Shown here piece by piece: positions 43,860 to 59,182 of a DNA stretch of 64,000 nt (positions are counted from its first letter, which is position 1; the number at the start of each line of letters is the position of its first letter). The position numbers and the translations under genes are program-made. The notes under the pieces were generated by a model, which ran no database searches, was not told the DNA's origin, and saw only the letters and a program-made list of their open reading frames with translations. The DNA comes from Eledone cirrhosa (Eukaryota), in contig OZ024752.1 in assembly GCA_964016885.1 (NCBI GenBank), positions 14,198,001 to 14,262,000 of the forward strand. Reading direction: 5' to 3'.

Positions 43860-46800
43860 GTATATGTATATAATGTATATATATATAAATTAATAAAAAC
43901 AATGAATAAAAACAAAGAAACAGTTCCTTATATTAAAATATTCATCATTTTACGATCGTTTCTAGGATATATATGTGTGTGTTGGTATGTATATCATATA
44001 GATCTATGTAAATGTTTTACAAACTATCGGAGGGAATATACATACCTACACATATATATGCTGTCTTCAGAAATAATGATATTTGTTTATTGAAAAAACC
44101 CAACAAAGATTTAATATAATAGGTCTGTTTGGGAACAGGTTTTGAATTAACCAATAGAAAAGTAGTAAGTGGTCAAGTTGATAGAATAGTAGTAGTAGAA
44201 ATTTAATTTAGGGGTAGAAGAATGTAGACTTCAGTTTTGAATGGAAAGAATATTTTGAATGAAAATATTACTTTGGGTATGAAAATAGGTCAAGCCGGTG
44301 AAAGGTACACGAACATTTGATGTTATTAAAGAATAATGCTAATGTTAAAATCTAAGGAGAATAACATTTTACTATAAATGTGTTAGTGAAAAATATCAAT
44401 CTTATTTAAAACATAAGGAACATAGATCTATAAAAAGAAATTTAATTAATTTAATCGATATTAATTCATAAAGATATGATAAATAAGAGTTAGATATTAT
44501 TAAAGAATGTTGTTAAAAAGGAAGGAAAAAAATTGGGGGGTGGGGGAGATAAATGTATTAGTGAGAAGTAACAAACTTATATAGATTGAAAGGAATTTAG
44601 ATTCATAACAGGAAATTAAAATAGTTTATATGTATAGTTATTGGTATAAATATTAGGAAAAGATAGCTGTAAAAGGGAAATAAAATTATGCAGTTCTTAG
44701 TAGTAGAATATTTATTATAGGTTAACTAATTTAAAAAAAAATTATTATAATAATTTGTAAAATATAAGTGTATATTAATTAGGTTTATAATATTTGAAAG
44801 TTTTTCTAATTCTATGATTACATGATATAATTAAGTCTTGTCACTTATTTAATAGGATATCCTTAGATTTCATTATTTCAAAAAGTTCCTGGGAACATAA
44901 TCTACATTCATATCTATTATTTTGATAAGGGGTGGCCCTTTTGAGCAGACTCCAGGTCAAGTTATAATCGATATTCTTTTTTCTATAATTATAAATTATT
45001 TCAGCTAAGGATGTTGTATTAGCTAATGCGGCATTTTTAAAACTGTGTTTGTGGGTATTAAATCTTACTTTAAATTGATTAGAAGTAGCTCCTATATATG
45101 AATAAATTGAGTCTTTAGTGCTAATTTTACATTTATATACTATGTTATTAATAAGGCAATTTCCTTTTAATGGGCAATTTGCTTTGTTTCTACAGTTACA
45201 ACATTTCGTGAATGTTATATCAGGGGAGTTAGTCAAATTAGGTGTGGAATTTTCTCGACTTGTTTTATGTGAATGAGATGGTGGTTTGCTGTGGTTTATT
45301 TTATTATTATGGTTAGTTTGATGTGTTGGTGGTATATTCATGGTTTTCTTACATTTATATGCATTGTAGGCACTTATATTTTGTTGTGTATTTTTGGTTG
45401 TTGAGTAGGAGAATTTGACCGTTTATCTATTTAAAATTTGATTGTATTTATGGTTTGGCGGGAAGTTTTTCTCTACGATAGTAAAAGTTTTTTAGGTATA
45501 TTATCTTTAATTTGTAGATTAAATGGAGCATTATACCAAGTAACTCGTCTATTACGGTTTCGATGTTGTTTTTTTATTATTATTTGATGTATCCTGATGT
45601 TTACTAAGAGAATTAGTATTAGTGATATTATTACACATATTTTTAGTTAGATTCACTGATTTAGGTGTTTTAGCCTGGTTATTAGGAATTTTGTTAGTAA
45701 TGTTATTAACATATATTGGAATATTAGGATGAATGGTTTTTTGAAAGTTATTATATTGTATATTAGAAGAGGTAGAGAAATTAAGTTTTAAGTTGGTATT
45801 TTTGGGTATAGTGTGAGTGGTATTTAGGTGCGTATATTTCATTTGGTGTTTGCTGGTAATATTGGGTTGTATGTTTGTAGTATTTTTGGTACAAGGTATA
45901 TGTGCTAATTTGTTTTTGTAGCCGTTTCTAGCTAAAGCTTCGTTATAAAAGGTCGCATTTTTATCGAATACATCTTGATTAGATGAAAGGTTAGAAATTC
46001 TGAGTGAGATATTATATGCTAGGTTTTTAAGGATAGATTTAGGGTGATTAGATTTTGAGTGTATGTAATGTAAGTTTTGGTTAGGTTTATGGTAAGGTTA
46101 GTAGATACCCGTAGATAAGTCTAAAGTTATATCAAGGAAATTAACTATTTTACTTGTGTTTTCGAATGTAATAGTGAGACTATAATAGTCTTTGAGGAAA
46201 GTACTAATAAGTTTCTTATTTTTTTCAATTTCTGATAGGCTAAGGTTAGTGGAGAGAAGAAGACAGTCATCACGATATAAACCACCTTTAAGGTGGGGGA
46301 AAAGAAGCATTTATGTTAAATAGAAGAAAGAGGCCCATAAGATCGGTAATTTGGGCAGAATCGCTAGAGCCCATAGTAATGTCGAATAGATTAGTATATG
46401 TATTTATGGTCCAGTATTCCTTCTGAAATTCCAGTAGTGTTTGTCTAGCGTGCGTGATAATATTAATGTCATCCATAGTTAAGTTTGATCTATCTTTGGC
46501 AAATATCAAGGCTTTGTTCAGGAGTATGGGTGATATAGATGGATAATAAGCATCTATATAGAATTGTAGAAATGAAGCAGATGATTTATTTCTAATATTA
46601 GTAAACCAGTTAATTAACTGGGATGTGTTTTCCCAGAGTGGTAAATTAACATGTTTTCTTAATTGTGGGATGAATCTATCTAACATTTTTTTACTAATGA
46701 TGCCAAAGTCAGATTTGGAAGAGCATATAAGTCTTATAGAAGTATTAGAGTTAAAATTAGATTTGTGTTCTTTCAGGTTAAAATGTGTTTTTTTCAGTGC

Positions 46801-47340
46801 CAAAGGTTCAGTTCTGTCTTCAACATTGAGTTTATTTACTATGTTGTGTTTATTGTTGTTGATATTGGTAAGTGCCGCATTATTTGTTTTTTTATAATTT
46901 TCCTGAGTTCTTTATAAATAAACTCATTGTAATTATCAATATCCATGTTGTACAGATTTCCAGTTTTGTCAGAGTGGACATGGATTTTGTTAGATTTTTT
47001 AGATCCAATAGGGTAGAATCAAGATCCTTTTGAAAATTAGATTCATATTTCTTAAATTTGAGGTGTTTGATTAAGTTAAAATGGTCTTTCTCGAAGTTTT
47101 CAAGCAAGGAGTTGTGTGGTGGGTTCTTTTATGTAGTGAAATCATATAAATATTTCTTATCAGTATATTTTGTTTTTTATCAAAGTGGTAGGCCCTCCAT
47201 ATGACCCTTTTGATGAATTGGTTGTTGTTTTTTTTGTATCATCAGAAGTAAAAATTCGTCCTTAGAAGGTATTGGTATATTCTTTAAAGAAGTTCCCAAG
47301 TATTGTTTTTCCATTGTGATAAGGATAATGGACAAGAAAA
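43860..47340 (-). mobile_element. Near full-length decayed Naiad-type Penelope-like element
   Basis: ORF start at about 47314 (MEKQYLGTSLKNIPIPSK). RT motifs RLI.SSKSD.G.ISK, YIDAYYPSI, FDITMGSSDSAQITDL.G, GGLYRDD, VNFLDITLDL. EN CNCRNKANCPLKGNC-IVY-YIG..CRLC..E. Followed by a 3' UTR and a pLTR with HHR; TA tracts on both sides. Confidence 0.92.
43942..44079 (-). ncRNA. Type I hammerhead ribozyme in PLE pLTR
   Basis: tcattattt-CTGAAGA-(long stem II)-GAAACGATCGTA-aaatgatga; GUA triplet. Confidence 0.85.
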
Positions 47341-47407
47341 AGAGCTCAACTATATATATAGGGAGTTATAAAATTATATATATAAAATATGAATACCTTT
47401 ATAAAAT

Positions 47408-47466
<59 letters not shown>

Positions 47467-47489
47467 TATATATATATATATATTATATA

Positions 47490-47812
47490 TTAGAAAGTGA
47501 GGCTTTTTACAAATTGAAAAATAACCGGTGTACTACACGAGTGAAAGTATAAAGAAAAAAAGATGAAATCGAAAATGCAACTGGAGTCTTATTTTTAAAA
47601 ATATATGTGTATATTTGGTTCCTTTACAGGTTTCGCAGTTCTTCTGTTGTTCAAAAATAGAGTTGAGGTGGAGGGTCTCTGATTTTTCTCCTATCAGATG
47701 TGACAAAAACCACAGACGGTCCATCTCAACTCAACTTTTTCAAAGCAGAAGAACTGCGAAACCGGTCAAGGAAGCAAATAAATATATACTTTTTTTAAAA
47801 ATAAGACGCCAT
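47490..47812 (-). mobile_element. Family C fold-back element
   Basis: Homologous to 15076-15427; imperfect hairpin with GCGAAACCGGTC-aagg. Confidence 0.75.
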
Positions 47813-47879
47813 ATATACATTAATATATATATATGAATGTATATATTTTTATAAATGTATATATATATATAAATATGAA

Positions 47880-47963
<84 letters not shown>

Positions 47964-48189
47964 TATATATATATATATATATAGATATATATAGATATAT
48001 ATATGAATGTATATATATATATATATGAATGTATATATGAATGTATATATATATATATGAATGTATATATATATATATATTTGTATATATATATATATAT
48101 GAATATATATATTTATATATATATATGAATGTATATATATGAAAGTATATATATATAAATGAATGTATATATATATATATATATGATTG

Positions 48190-48221
<32 letters not shown>

Positions 48222-48237
48222 CATATATACATATGTG

Positions 48238-48289
<52 letters not shown>

Positions 48290-48318
48290 TGTATATATAT
48301 ATATATATATATATATGA

Positions 48319-48364
<46 letters not shown>

Positions 48365-48442
48365 GTATATATATATATATATATATGAATGTATATATAT
48401 ATATATATATGAATGTATATGAATATATATATATATATATGA

Positions 48443-48534
<92 letters not shown>

Positions 48535-48539
<5 letters not shown>

Positions 48540-48888
48540 AAAGTTCTATTTAAAATTGTTGGGATACAACAAGTAAATGTTTTATAACTGATATAAAGCA
48601 CTCGACAAGTTTTTGGAGTAGATATACGATATTAAATAAATGAAAACTATATTTATAAAACCATATTTATTTCATTATACATATTTCAGGGATACCAAAT
48701 TAAAATATGGTATGCCAAAATAATGGTTGCATCTAATAGGGTACGTCAAAATTATTTATAAAACTGTTTATATATTGTATTTTGTCTGATGATGGCATAC
48801 CATATATTAATTTGGTATCCCTGAAATATGTATGATGAAATAAATAAATATGGTTATATAAATATAGTTTCCATTTATTTAATATCGT
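48535..48888. mobile_element. Family E fold-back element with HHR motif (copies at 54987-55336, 55893-56241, 57848-58182)
   Basis: Arms at about 48625-48717 and 48793-48888; tattttgt-CTGATGA-(a/t)ggcatacca...tggtatccct-GAAATATGTAT(A/G)-atgaaata at about 48778-48842. Confidence 0.75.
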
Positions 48889-48982
48889 ATATATATATAT
48901 ATATTTATGTAATATATATATATATATATCTATATGTATATGAATATATATATATATATATATATGAATGTATATATATATA

Positions 48983-49092
<110 letters not shown>

Positions 49093-49530
49093 AGAATGTA
49101 TATATATATATATGAATGTATATATATGTATATATATGAATGTATATATATATATATATGAATGTATATATATATAAATGTATATATATATATATATGAA
49201 TGTATATATATATATATGTATATAAAAATGTATATATATATATATGAATGTATATATATATATATATATATGAATGTATATATATATAAATGTATATATA
49301 TATATATATGAATATGTATATATATATATATGTATATATATATATGAATATATATATATGAATATATATATATATATATAATATATATATATGAATATAT
49401 ATATATATATATATACATATATATTCATATATATATATATATATATATATGTGTATATATATATATGTATATGAATATATATATATATAAATATATATAT
49501 ATATGAATGTATATATATATGGATGTATAT

Positions 49531-52500
49531 ATATTCTATGTCTATATTCACATATATATCGCTATTTCAGAGCATTTATTCCAATTTCTAATTTCTGCCG
49601 GACCGGCAACCGCTCTTTCAAACCAGTTCCTGTACACAGCTAAGTATTCTATAAGTCTCTAGCTGTGTCATTCTCGATAAAAGCACTGGATATGTAGTCC
49701 TGATGATTTCTAACGAGAATGAAACGCGTAGATTACTTCCCTTGCTTTTATCGAGAATCTAATTGTAATACGTGACGTATTCTATTCTATAGCGATTAGG
49801 TCTTCAAAATGTTTATTATAAACATACAGAATATTTTCGAATATTCTATGTCTATATTCACATATATATCGCTATTTCAGAGCATTTATTCCAATTTCTA
49901 ATTTCTGCCGGACCGGCAACCGCTCTTTCAAACCAGTTCCTGTACACAGCTAAGTATTCTATAAGTCTCTAGCTGTGTCATTCTCGATAAAAGCACTGGA
50001 TATGTAGTCCTGATGATTTCTAACGAGAATGAAACGCGTAGATTACTTCCCTTGCTTTTATCGAGAATCTAATTGTAATACGTGACGTATTCTATTCTAT
50101 AGCGATTATGTCTTCAAAATGTTTATTATAAACATACAGAATATTTTCGAATATTCTATGTCTATATTCACATATATATCGCTATTTCAGAGCATTTATT
50201 CCAATTTCTAATTTCTGCCGGACCGGCAACCGCTCTTTCAAACCAGTTCCTGTACACAGCTAAGTATTCTATAAGTCTCTAGCTGTGTCATTCTCGATAA
50301 AAGCACTGGATATGTAGTCCTGATGATTTCTAACGAGAATGAAACGCGTAGATTACTTCCCTTGCTTTTATCGAGAATCTAATTGTAATACGTGACGTAT
50401 TCTATTCTATAGCGATTAGGTCTTCAAAATGTTTATTATAAACATACAGAATATTTTCGAATATTCTATGTCTATATTCACATATATATCGCTATTTCAG
50501 AGCATTTATTCCAATTTCTAATTTCTGCCGGACCGGCAACCGCTCTTTCAAACCAGTTCCTGTACACAGCTAAGTATTCTATAAGTCTCTAGCTGTGTCA
50601 TTCTCGATAAAAGCACTGGATATGTAGTCCTGATGATTTCTAACGAGAATGAAACGCGTAGATTACTTCCCTTGCTTTTATCGAGAATCTAATTGTAATA
50701 CGTGACGTATTCTATTCTATAGCGATTAGGTCTTCAAAATGTTTATTATAAACATACAGAATATTTTCGAATATTCTATGTCTATATTCACATATATATC
50801 GCTATTTCAGAGCATTTATTCCAATTTCTAATTTCTGCCGGACCGGCAACCGCTCTTTCAAACCAGTTCCTGTACACAGCTAAGTATTCTATAAGTCTCT
50901 AGCTGTGTCATTCTCGATAAAAGCACTGGATATGTAGTCCTGATGATTTCTAACGAGAATGAAACGCGTAGATTACTTCCCTTGCTTTTATCGAGAATCT
51001 AATTGTAATACGTGACGTATTCTATTCTATAGCGATTAGGTCTTCAAAATGTTTATTATAAACATACAGAATATTTTCGAATATTCTATGTCTATATTCA
51101 CATATATATCGCTATTTCAGAGCATTTATTCCAATTTCTAATTTCTGCCGGACCGGCAACCGCTCTTTCAAACCAGTTCCTGTACACAGCTAAGTATTCT
51201 ATAAGTCTCTAGCTGTGTCATTCTCGATAAAAGCACTGGATATGTAGTCCTGATGATTTCTAACGAGAATGAAACGCGTAGATTACTTCCCTTGCTTTTA
51301 TCGAGAATCTAATTGTAATACGTGACGTATTCTATTCTATAGCGATTAGGTCTTCAAAATGTTTATTATAAACATACAGAATATTTTCGAATATTCTATG
51401 TCTATATTCACATATATATCGCTATTTCAGAGCATTTATTCCAATTTCTAATTTCTGCCGGACCGGCAACCGCTCTTTCAAACCAGTTCCTGTACACAGC
51501 TAAGTATTCTATAAGTCTCTAGCTGTGTCATTCTCGATAAAAGCACTGGATATGTAGTCCTGATGATTTCTAACGAGAATGAAACGCGTAGATTACTTCC
51601 CTTGCTTTTATCGAGAATCTAATTGTAATACGTGACGTATTCTATTCTATAGCGATTAGGTCTTCAAAATGTTTATTATAAACATACAGAATATTTTCGA
51701 ATATTCTATGTCTATATTCACATATATATCGCTATTTCAGAGCATTTATTCCAATTTCTAATTTCTGCCGGACCGGCAACCGCTCTTTCAAACCAGTTCC
51801 TGTACACAGCTAAGTATTCTATAAGTCTCTAGCTGTGTCATTCTCGATAAAAGCACTGGATATGTAGTCCTGATGATTTCTAACGAGAATGAAACGCGTA
51901 GATTACTTCCCTTGCTTTTATCGAGAATCTAATTGTAATACGTGACGTATTCTATTCTATAGCGATTAGGTCTTCAAAATGTTTATTATAAACATACAGA
52001 ATATTTTCGAATATTCTATGTCTATATTCACATATATATCGCTATTTCAGAGCATTTATTCCAATTTCTAATTTCTGCCGGACCGGCAACCGCTCTTTCA
52101 AACCAGTTCCTGTACACAGCTAAGTATTCTATAAGTCTCTAGCTGTGTCATTCTCGATAAAAGCACTGGATATGTAGTCCTGATGATTTCTAACGAGAAT
52201 GAAACGCGTAGATTACTTCCCTTGCTTTTATCGAGAATCTAATTGTAATACGTGACGTATTCTATTCTATAGCGATTAGGTCTTCAAAATGTTTATTATA
52301 AACATACAGAATATTTTCGAATATTCTATGTCTATATTCACATATATATCGCTATTTCAGAGCATTTATTCCAATTTCTAATTTCTGCCGGACCGGCAAC
52401 CGCTCTTTCAAACCAGTTCCTGTACACAGCTAAGTATTCTATAAGTCTCTAGCTGTGTCATTCTCGATAAAAGCACTGGATATGTAGTCCTGATGATTTC

Positions 52501-54825
52501 TAACGAGAATGAAACGCGTAGATTACTTCCCTTGCTTTTATCGAGAATCTAATTGTAATACGTGACGTATTCTATTCTATAGCGATTAGGTCTTCAAAAT
52601 GTTTATTATAAACATACAGAATATTTTCGAATATTCTATGTCTATATTCACATATATATCGCTATTTCAGAGCATTTATTCCAATTTCTAATTTCTGCCG
52701 GACCGGCAACCGCTCTTTCAAACCAGTTCCTGTACACAGCTAAGTATTCTATAAGTCTCTAGCTGTGTCATTCTCGATAAAAGCACTGGATATGTAGTCC
52801 TGATGATTTCTAACGAGAATGAAACGCGTAGATTACTTCCCTTGCTTTTATCGAGAATCTAATTGTAATACGTGACGTATTCTATTCTATAGCGATTAGG
52901 TCTTCAAAATGTTTATTATAAACATACAGAATATTTTCGAATATTCTATGTCTATATTCACATATATATCGCTATTTCAGAGCATTTATTCCAATTTCTA
53001 ATTTCTGCCGGACCGGCAACCGCTCTTTCAAACCAGTTCCTGTACACAGCTAAGTATTCTATAAGTCTCTAGCTGTGTCATTCTCGATAAAAGCACTGGA
53101 TATGTAGTCCTGATGATTTCTAACGAGAATGAAACGCGTAGATTACTTCCCTTGCTTTTATCGAGAATCTAATTGTAATACGTGACGTATTCTATTCTAT
53201 AGCGATTAGGTCTTCAAAATGTTTATTATAAACATACAGAATATTTTCGAATATTCTATGTCTATATTCACATATATATCGCTATTTCAGAGCATTTATT
53301 CCAATTTCTAATTTCTGCCGGACCGGCAACCGCTCTTTCAAACCAGTTCCTGTACACAGCTAAGTATTCTATAAGTCTCTAGCTGTGTCATTCTCGATAA
53401 AAGCACTGGATATGTAGTCCTGATGATTTCTAACGAGAATGAAACGCGTAGATTACTTCCCTTGCTTTTATCGAGAATCTAATTGTAATACGTGACGTAT
53501 TCTATTCTATAGCGATTAGGTCTTCAAAATGTTTATTATAAACATACAGAATATTTTCGAATATTCTATGTCTATATTCACATATATATCGCTATTTCAG
53601 AGCATTTATTCCAATTTCTAATTTCTGCCGGACCGGCAACCGCTCTTTCAAACCAGTTCCTGTACACAGCTAAGTATTCTATAAGTCTCTAGCTGTGTCA
53701 TTCTCGATAAAAGCACTGGATATGTAGTCCTGATGATTTCTAACGAGAATGAAACGCGTAGATTACTTCCCTTGCTTTTATCGAGAATCTAATTGTAATA
53801 CGTGACGTATTCTATTCTATAGCGATTAGGTCTTCAAAATGTTTATTATAAACATACAGAATATTTTCGAATATTCTATGTCTATATTCACATATATATC
53901 GCTATTTCAGAGCATTTATTCCAATTTCTAATTTCTGCCGGACCGGCAACCGCTCTTTCAAACCAGTTCCTGTACACAGCTAAGTATTCTATAAGTCTCT
54001 AGCTGTGTCATTCTCGATAAAAGCACTGGATATGTAGTCCTGATGATTTCTAACGAGAATGAAACGCGTAGATTACTTCCCTTGCTTTTATCGAGAATCT
54101 AATTGTAATACGTGACGTATTCTATTCTATAGCGATTAGGTCTTCAAAATGTTTATTATAAACATACAGAATATTTTCGAATATTCTATGTCTATATTCA
54201 CATATATATCGCTATTTCAGAGCATTTATTCCAATTTCTAATTTCTGCCGGACCGGCAACCGCTCTTTCAAACCAGTTCCTGTACACAGCTAAGTATTCT
54301 ATAAGTCTCTAGCTGTGTCATTCTCGATAAAAGCACTGGATATGTAGTCCTGATGATTTCTAACGAGAATGAAACGCGTAGATTACTTCCCTTGCTTTTA
54401 TCGAGAATCTAATTGTAATACGTGACGTATTCTATTCTATAGCGATTAGGTCTTCAAAATGTTTATTATAAACATACAGAATATTTTCGAATATTCTATG
54501 TCTATATTCACATATATATCGCTATTTCAGAGCATTTATTCCAATTTCTAATTTCTGCCGGACCGGCAACCGCTCTTTCAAACCAGTTCCTGTACACAGC
54601 TAAGTATTCTATAAGTCTCTAGCTGTGTCATTCTCGATAAAAGCACTGGATATGTAGTCCTGATGATTTCTAACGAGAATGAAACGCGTAGATTACTTCC
54701 CTTGCTTTTATCGAGAATCTAATTGTAATACGTGACGTATTCTATTCTATAGCGATTAGGTCTTCAAAATGTTTATTATAAACATACAGAATATTTTCGA
54801 ATATTCTATGTCTATATTCACATAT
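49531..54825 (+). mobile_element. 310-bp x 17 tandem array, each unit with a type I HHR (non-LTR retrozyme-like)
   Basis: Unit starts at 49531, 49841 ... 54491, plus about 25 bp from 54801. Only one substitution noticed (50109). No ORF; TA-rich microsatellite on both sides. Confidence 0.93.
49670..49758 (+). ncRNA. Type I hammerhead ribozyme with extended stem I (first of 17; repeats every 310 bp)
   Basis: attctcgataaaagca-ctggatat-gtagtc-CTGATGA-tttctaacgagaat-GAAACGCGTA-gattac-ttccct-tgcttttatcgagaat; 16-bp perfect outer helix, palindromic ACGCGT stem III, predicted cleavage after 49730. Confidence 0.92.
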
Positions 54826-54890
54826 CTATATATATATATATGAATATATATATTGATGTAATATATATATATAAATATGAATATATATAT

Positions 54891-54928
<38 letters not shown>

Positions 54929-55630
54929 TTATGTAATATGTATATATATATATATTTATTTAATATATATATGAATATATATATATATGCAAAAGTTCTA
55001 TTTTAAATTGTTGGGATACAACAAGTAAATATCTTATAACTGATATAAAGCACTCGACACGTTTTTGGAGTAGATATACGATATTAAATAAATGGAAACT
55101 ATATTTATAAAACCATATTTATTTCATTATACATATTTTAGGGATACCAAATTAAAATATGGTATGCCAAAATAATGGTTGCATCTAATAGGTTACGTCA
55201 AAATTATTTATGAAACTGTTTATATATTGTATTTTGACTGATGAAGGCATACCATATTTTAATTTGGTATCCCTGAACTATGTATAATGACATAAATATG
55301 GTTTTATAAATATAGTTTCCATTTATTTAATATCGTATATATATATATTTATGTAATATATCTATATATCTATATGTATATGAATATATATATATATATG
55401 AATGTATATATATATATATGAATGTATATATATATATAATTATATATATATATATATGTATATAAGAATGTATATATATATATATGAATGTATATATATG
55501 AATGTATATATATATAAATGTATATATATATATAAATGTATATGTATATATATATGTATATAAGAATGTATATATATATATATATGAATGTATATATAAA
55601 TATAAATGTATATATATATATATATGAATG

Positions 55631-55661
<31 letters not shown>

Positions 55662-55691
55662 ATGAATATATATATATATATATATATATGA

Positions 55692-55730
<39 letters not shown>

Positions 55731-55797
55731 TGTATATATATACATATTTATGTAATATATATATATAAATCCATTTATATATATGAATATATATCTA

Positions 55798-55875
<78 letters not shown>

Positions 55876-56327
55876 TATATATATATATATATATGCAAAA
55901 GATCTAATTAAAATTGTTGGGATACAACAAGTAAATATTTTATAACTGATATAAAGCACTCGACAAGTTTTTGGAGTAGATATACGATATTAAATAAATG
56001 GAAACTATATTTATAAAACCATATTTATTTCATTATACATATTTCAGGGATACCAAATTAAAATATGGTATGCCAAAATATTGGTTGCATCTAATAGAGT
56101 ACGTCAAAATTATTTATAAAACTGTTTATATATTGTATTTTGCTGATGAAGGCATACCATATATTAATTTGGTATCCCTGAAATATGTATAATGAAATAA
56201 ATATGGTTTTATAAATATAGTTTCCATTTATTTAATATCGTATATATATATGTATGCAATATATATATATATCTATATGTATATGAATATATATATATAT
56301 ATATATATGAATGTATATATATATGAA

Positions 56328-56385
<58 letters not shown>

Positions 56386-56522
56386 TGTATATATATGTAT
56401 ATATATGAATGTATATATATATATATATGAATTTATATATATATAAATGTATATATATATATATATGAATGTATATATATATATATGTATATAAGAATGT
56501 ATATATATATATATATATATGA

Positions 56523-56558
<36 letters not shown>

Positions 56559-56565
56559 GAATGTA

Positions 56566-56596
<31 letters not shown>

Positions 56597-56669
56597 GAAT
56601 GTATATATATATAAATGTATATATATATATATATATATGAATATGTATATATATATATGAATATATATA

Positions 56670-56745
<76 letters not shown>

Positions 56746-56805
56746 TATATAGATAGATATATATGAATATATATATATATATTTTTTTTTATATATATAT
56801 ATATA

Positions 56806-56855
<50 letters not shown>

Positions 56856-56947
56856 TATATTTTTATATATATATATATATGTACATATATATATATATAT
56901 ATTCATATATGTATATATATGTGTATATATATATATGTATATCTATA

Positions 56948-57010
<63 letters not shown>

Positions 57011-57528
57011 ATATATATATATGTATATGAATATATATATATATAAATATATATATATATATGAATGTATATATATATGGATGTATATATATATATATAT
57101 ATATGAATGTATATATATATATATATGATTGTATATATATATATATGAATGTATATATATATATATATATGATAGTATATATATATGTATATATATATAC
57201 ATATATATATATGTGTATATATATATACATATATATATATGTATATATGTATATATATACATATATATATATATATGAATGTATATATATATATATATGA
57301 ATGTATATATATATATATATATGAACGTATAAGAATATATATATATATATATGAATGTATATATATATATATATATATATGAATGTATATGAATATATAT
57401 ATATATATATATATGAATGTATATATATATATATATATATATATGAATGTATATGAATATATATATATATGAATGTATATATATATATATATATATGAAT
57501 GTATATGAATATATATATATATATATGA

Positions 57529-57612
<84 letters not shown>

Positions 57613-57724
57613 GAATGTATATATATATATATATTTATGTAATATGTATATATATCTATATATATATGAATATATATTTATGTAATATATATATATATTT
57701 ATGTAATATGTATATATATCTATA

Positions 57725-57783
<59 letters not shown>

Positions 57784-58199
57784 GTAATATATATATATAT
57801 ATATATATATTTATGTAATATATATATGAATATATATATATATATATATGCAAAAGTTCTATTTAAAATTGTTGGGATACAACAAGTAAATATCTTATAA
57901 CTGATATAAAGCACTCGACAAGTTTTTGGAGTAGATATACGATATTAAATAAATGGAAACTATATTTATAAAACCATATTTATTTCATTATACATATTTC
58001 AGGGATACCAAATTAAAATAATGGTTGCATCTAATAGGGTACGTCAAAATTATTTATAAAACTGTTTATATATTGTATTTTGACTGATGAAGGCATACCA
58101 TATATTAATTTGGTATCCCTGAACTATGTATAATAAAATAAATATGGTTTTATAAATATAGTTTCCATGTATTTCATATCGTATATATATATATTTATG

Positions 58200-58285
<86 letters not shown>

Positions 58286-58590
58286 TTGAATATATATATA
58301 TATATATATATGAATGTATATATATATATATGAATGTATATATATATATATATATATATGTATATAAGAATGTATATATATATATATGAATGTATATATA
58401 TATATATATGAATGTATATATATGAATGTATATATATATAAATGTATATATATATATAAATGTATATATATATATGTATATAAGAATGTATATATATATA
58501 TATATATGAATGTATATATAAATATAAATGTATATATATATGAATGTATATATATATATATGGATATAAATATATATATATATATATATG
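54825..58590. repeat. (TA)n/(TGAA-TA) degenerate microsatellite interspersed with family E copies
   Basis: Directly visible. Confidence 0.9.
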
Positions 58591-59151
58591 TAAAGTTATA
58601 ATTAAAATTGTTGGGTTACAACTAGTAAATATTTATAACTGATATAAAAGTACTCGACAAATACTTGGAGTATATTTACAATATTAAATAAATGGAAAAC
58701 TATATTTATAAAACCATATTTATTTCATTATATATATTTCGGGGATATCATATTAACAATATGCTATGCCTTCATCAGACAAAATACAATATAAACAGTT
58801 TTATAGATAAATATATTCGACATACCGTAATAAACATCAACTTCATTTGAAGAGGTTCACTCTAGCAGTGAAAATACAGAGAGAAAGAAAGAGAGAGAGA
58901 AAAGAGGGAAATAAGAAAGAAAGAAAGACAAAACGAAGAAAAGGAAGAAAAAGAAGAAAAAGAAGAAATGCATGGGACAAAATAGAGAGATGGAAAAATA
59001 GATAAAGCGAAGAGCTTCATGTAAAGAGACCGAAAGAGATATATATATATATAGAGAGAGCGAGGAAATAGAGATAGATACATATATAAATATAGATATA
59101 GAAAAATTAGGTAGTGGGAGGTCATTTTGAGTAAGTGTATCAATGATGCAT

Positions 59152-59182
<31 letters not shown>

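Noticed and set aside
44841-44843. In-frame TGA in the Naiad endonuclease as possible selenocysteine (some Naiads encode selenoproteins)
   Set aside because: It falls at the Arg of the LNKR motif (the other copy reads LINRR), so it is most simply CGA>TGA decay in an element with many other lesions; it is not at a Cys position.
49531-54825. CRISPR array or ordinary centromeric satellite
   Set aside because: There are no unique spacers and the context is eukaryotic. The short array with a full HHR per unit fits a retrozyme better.
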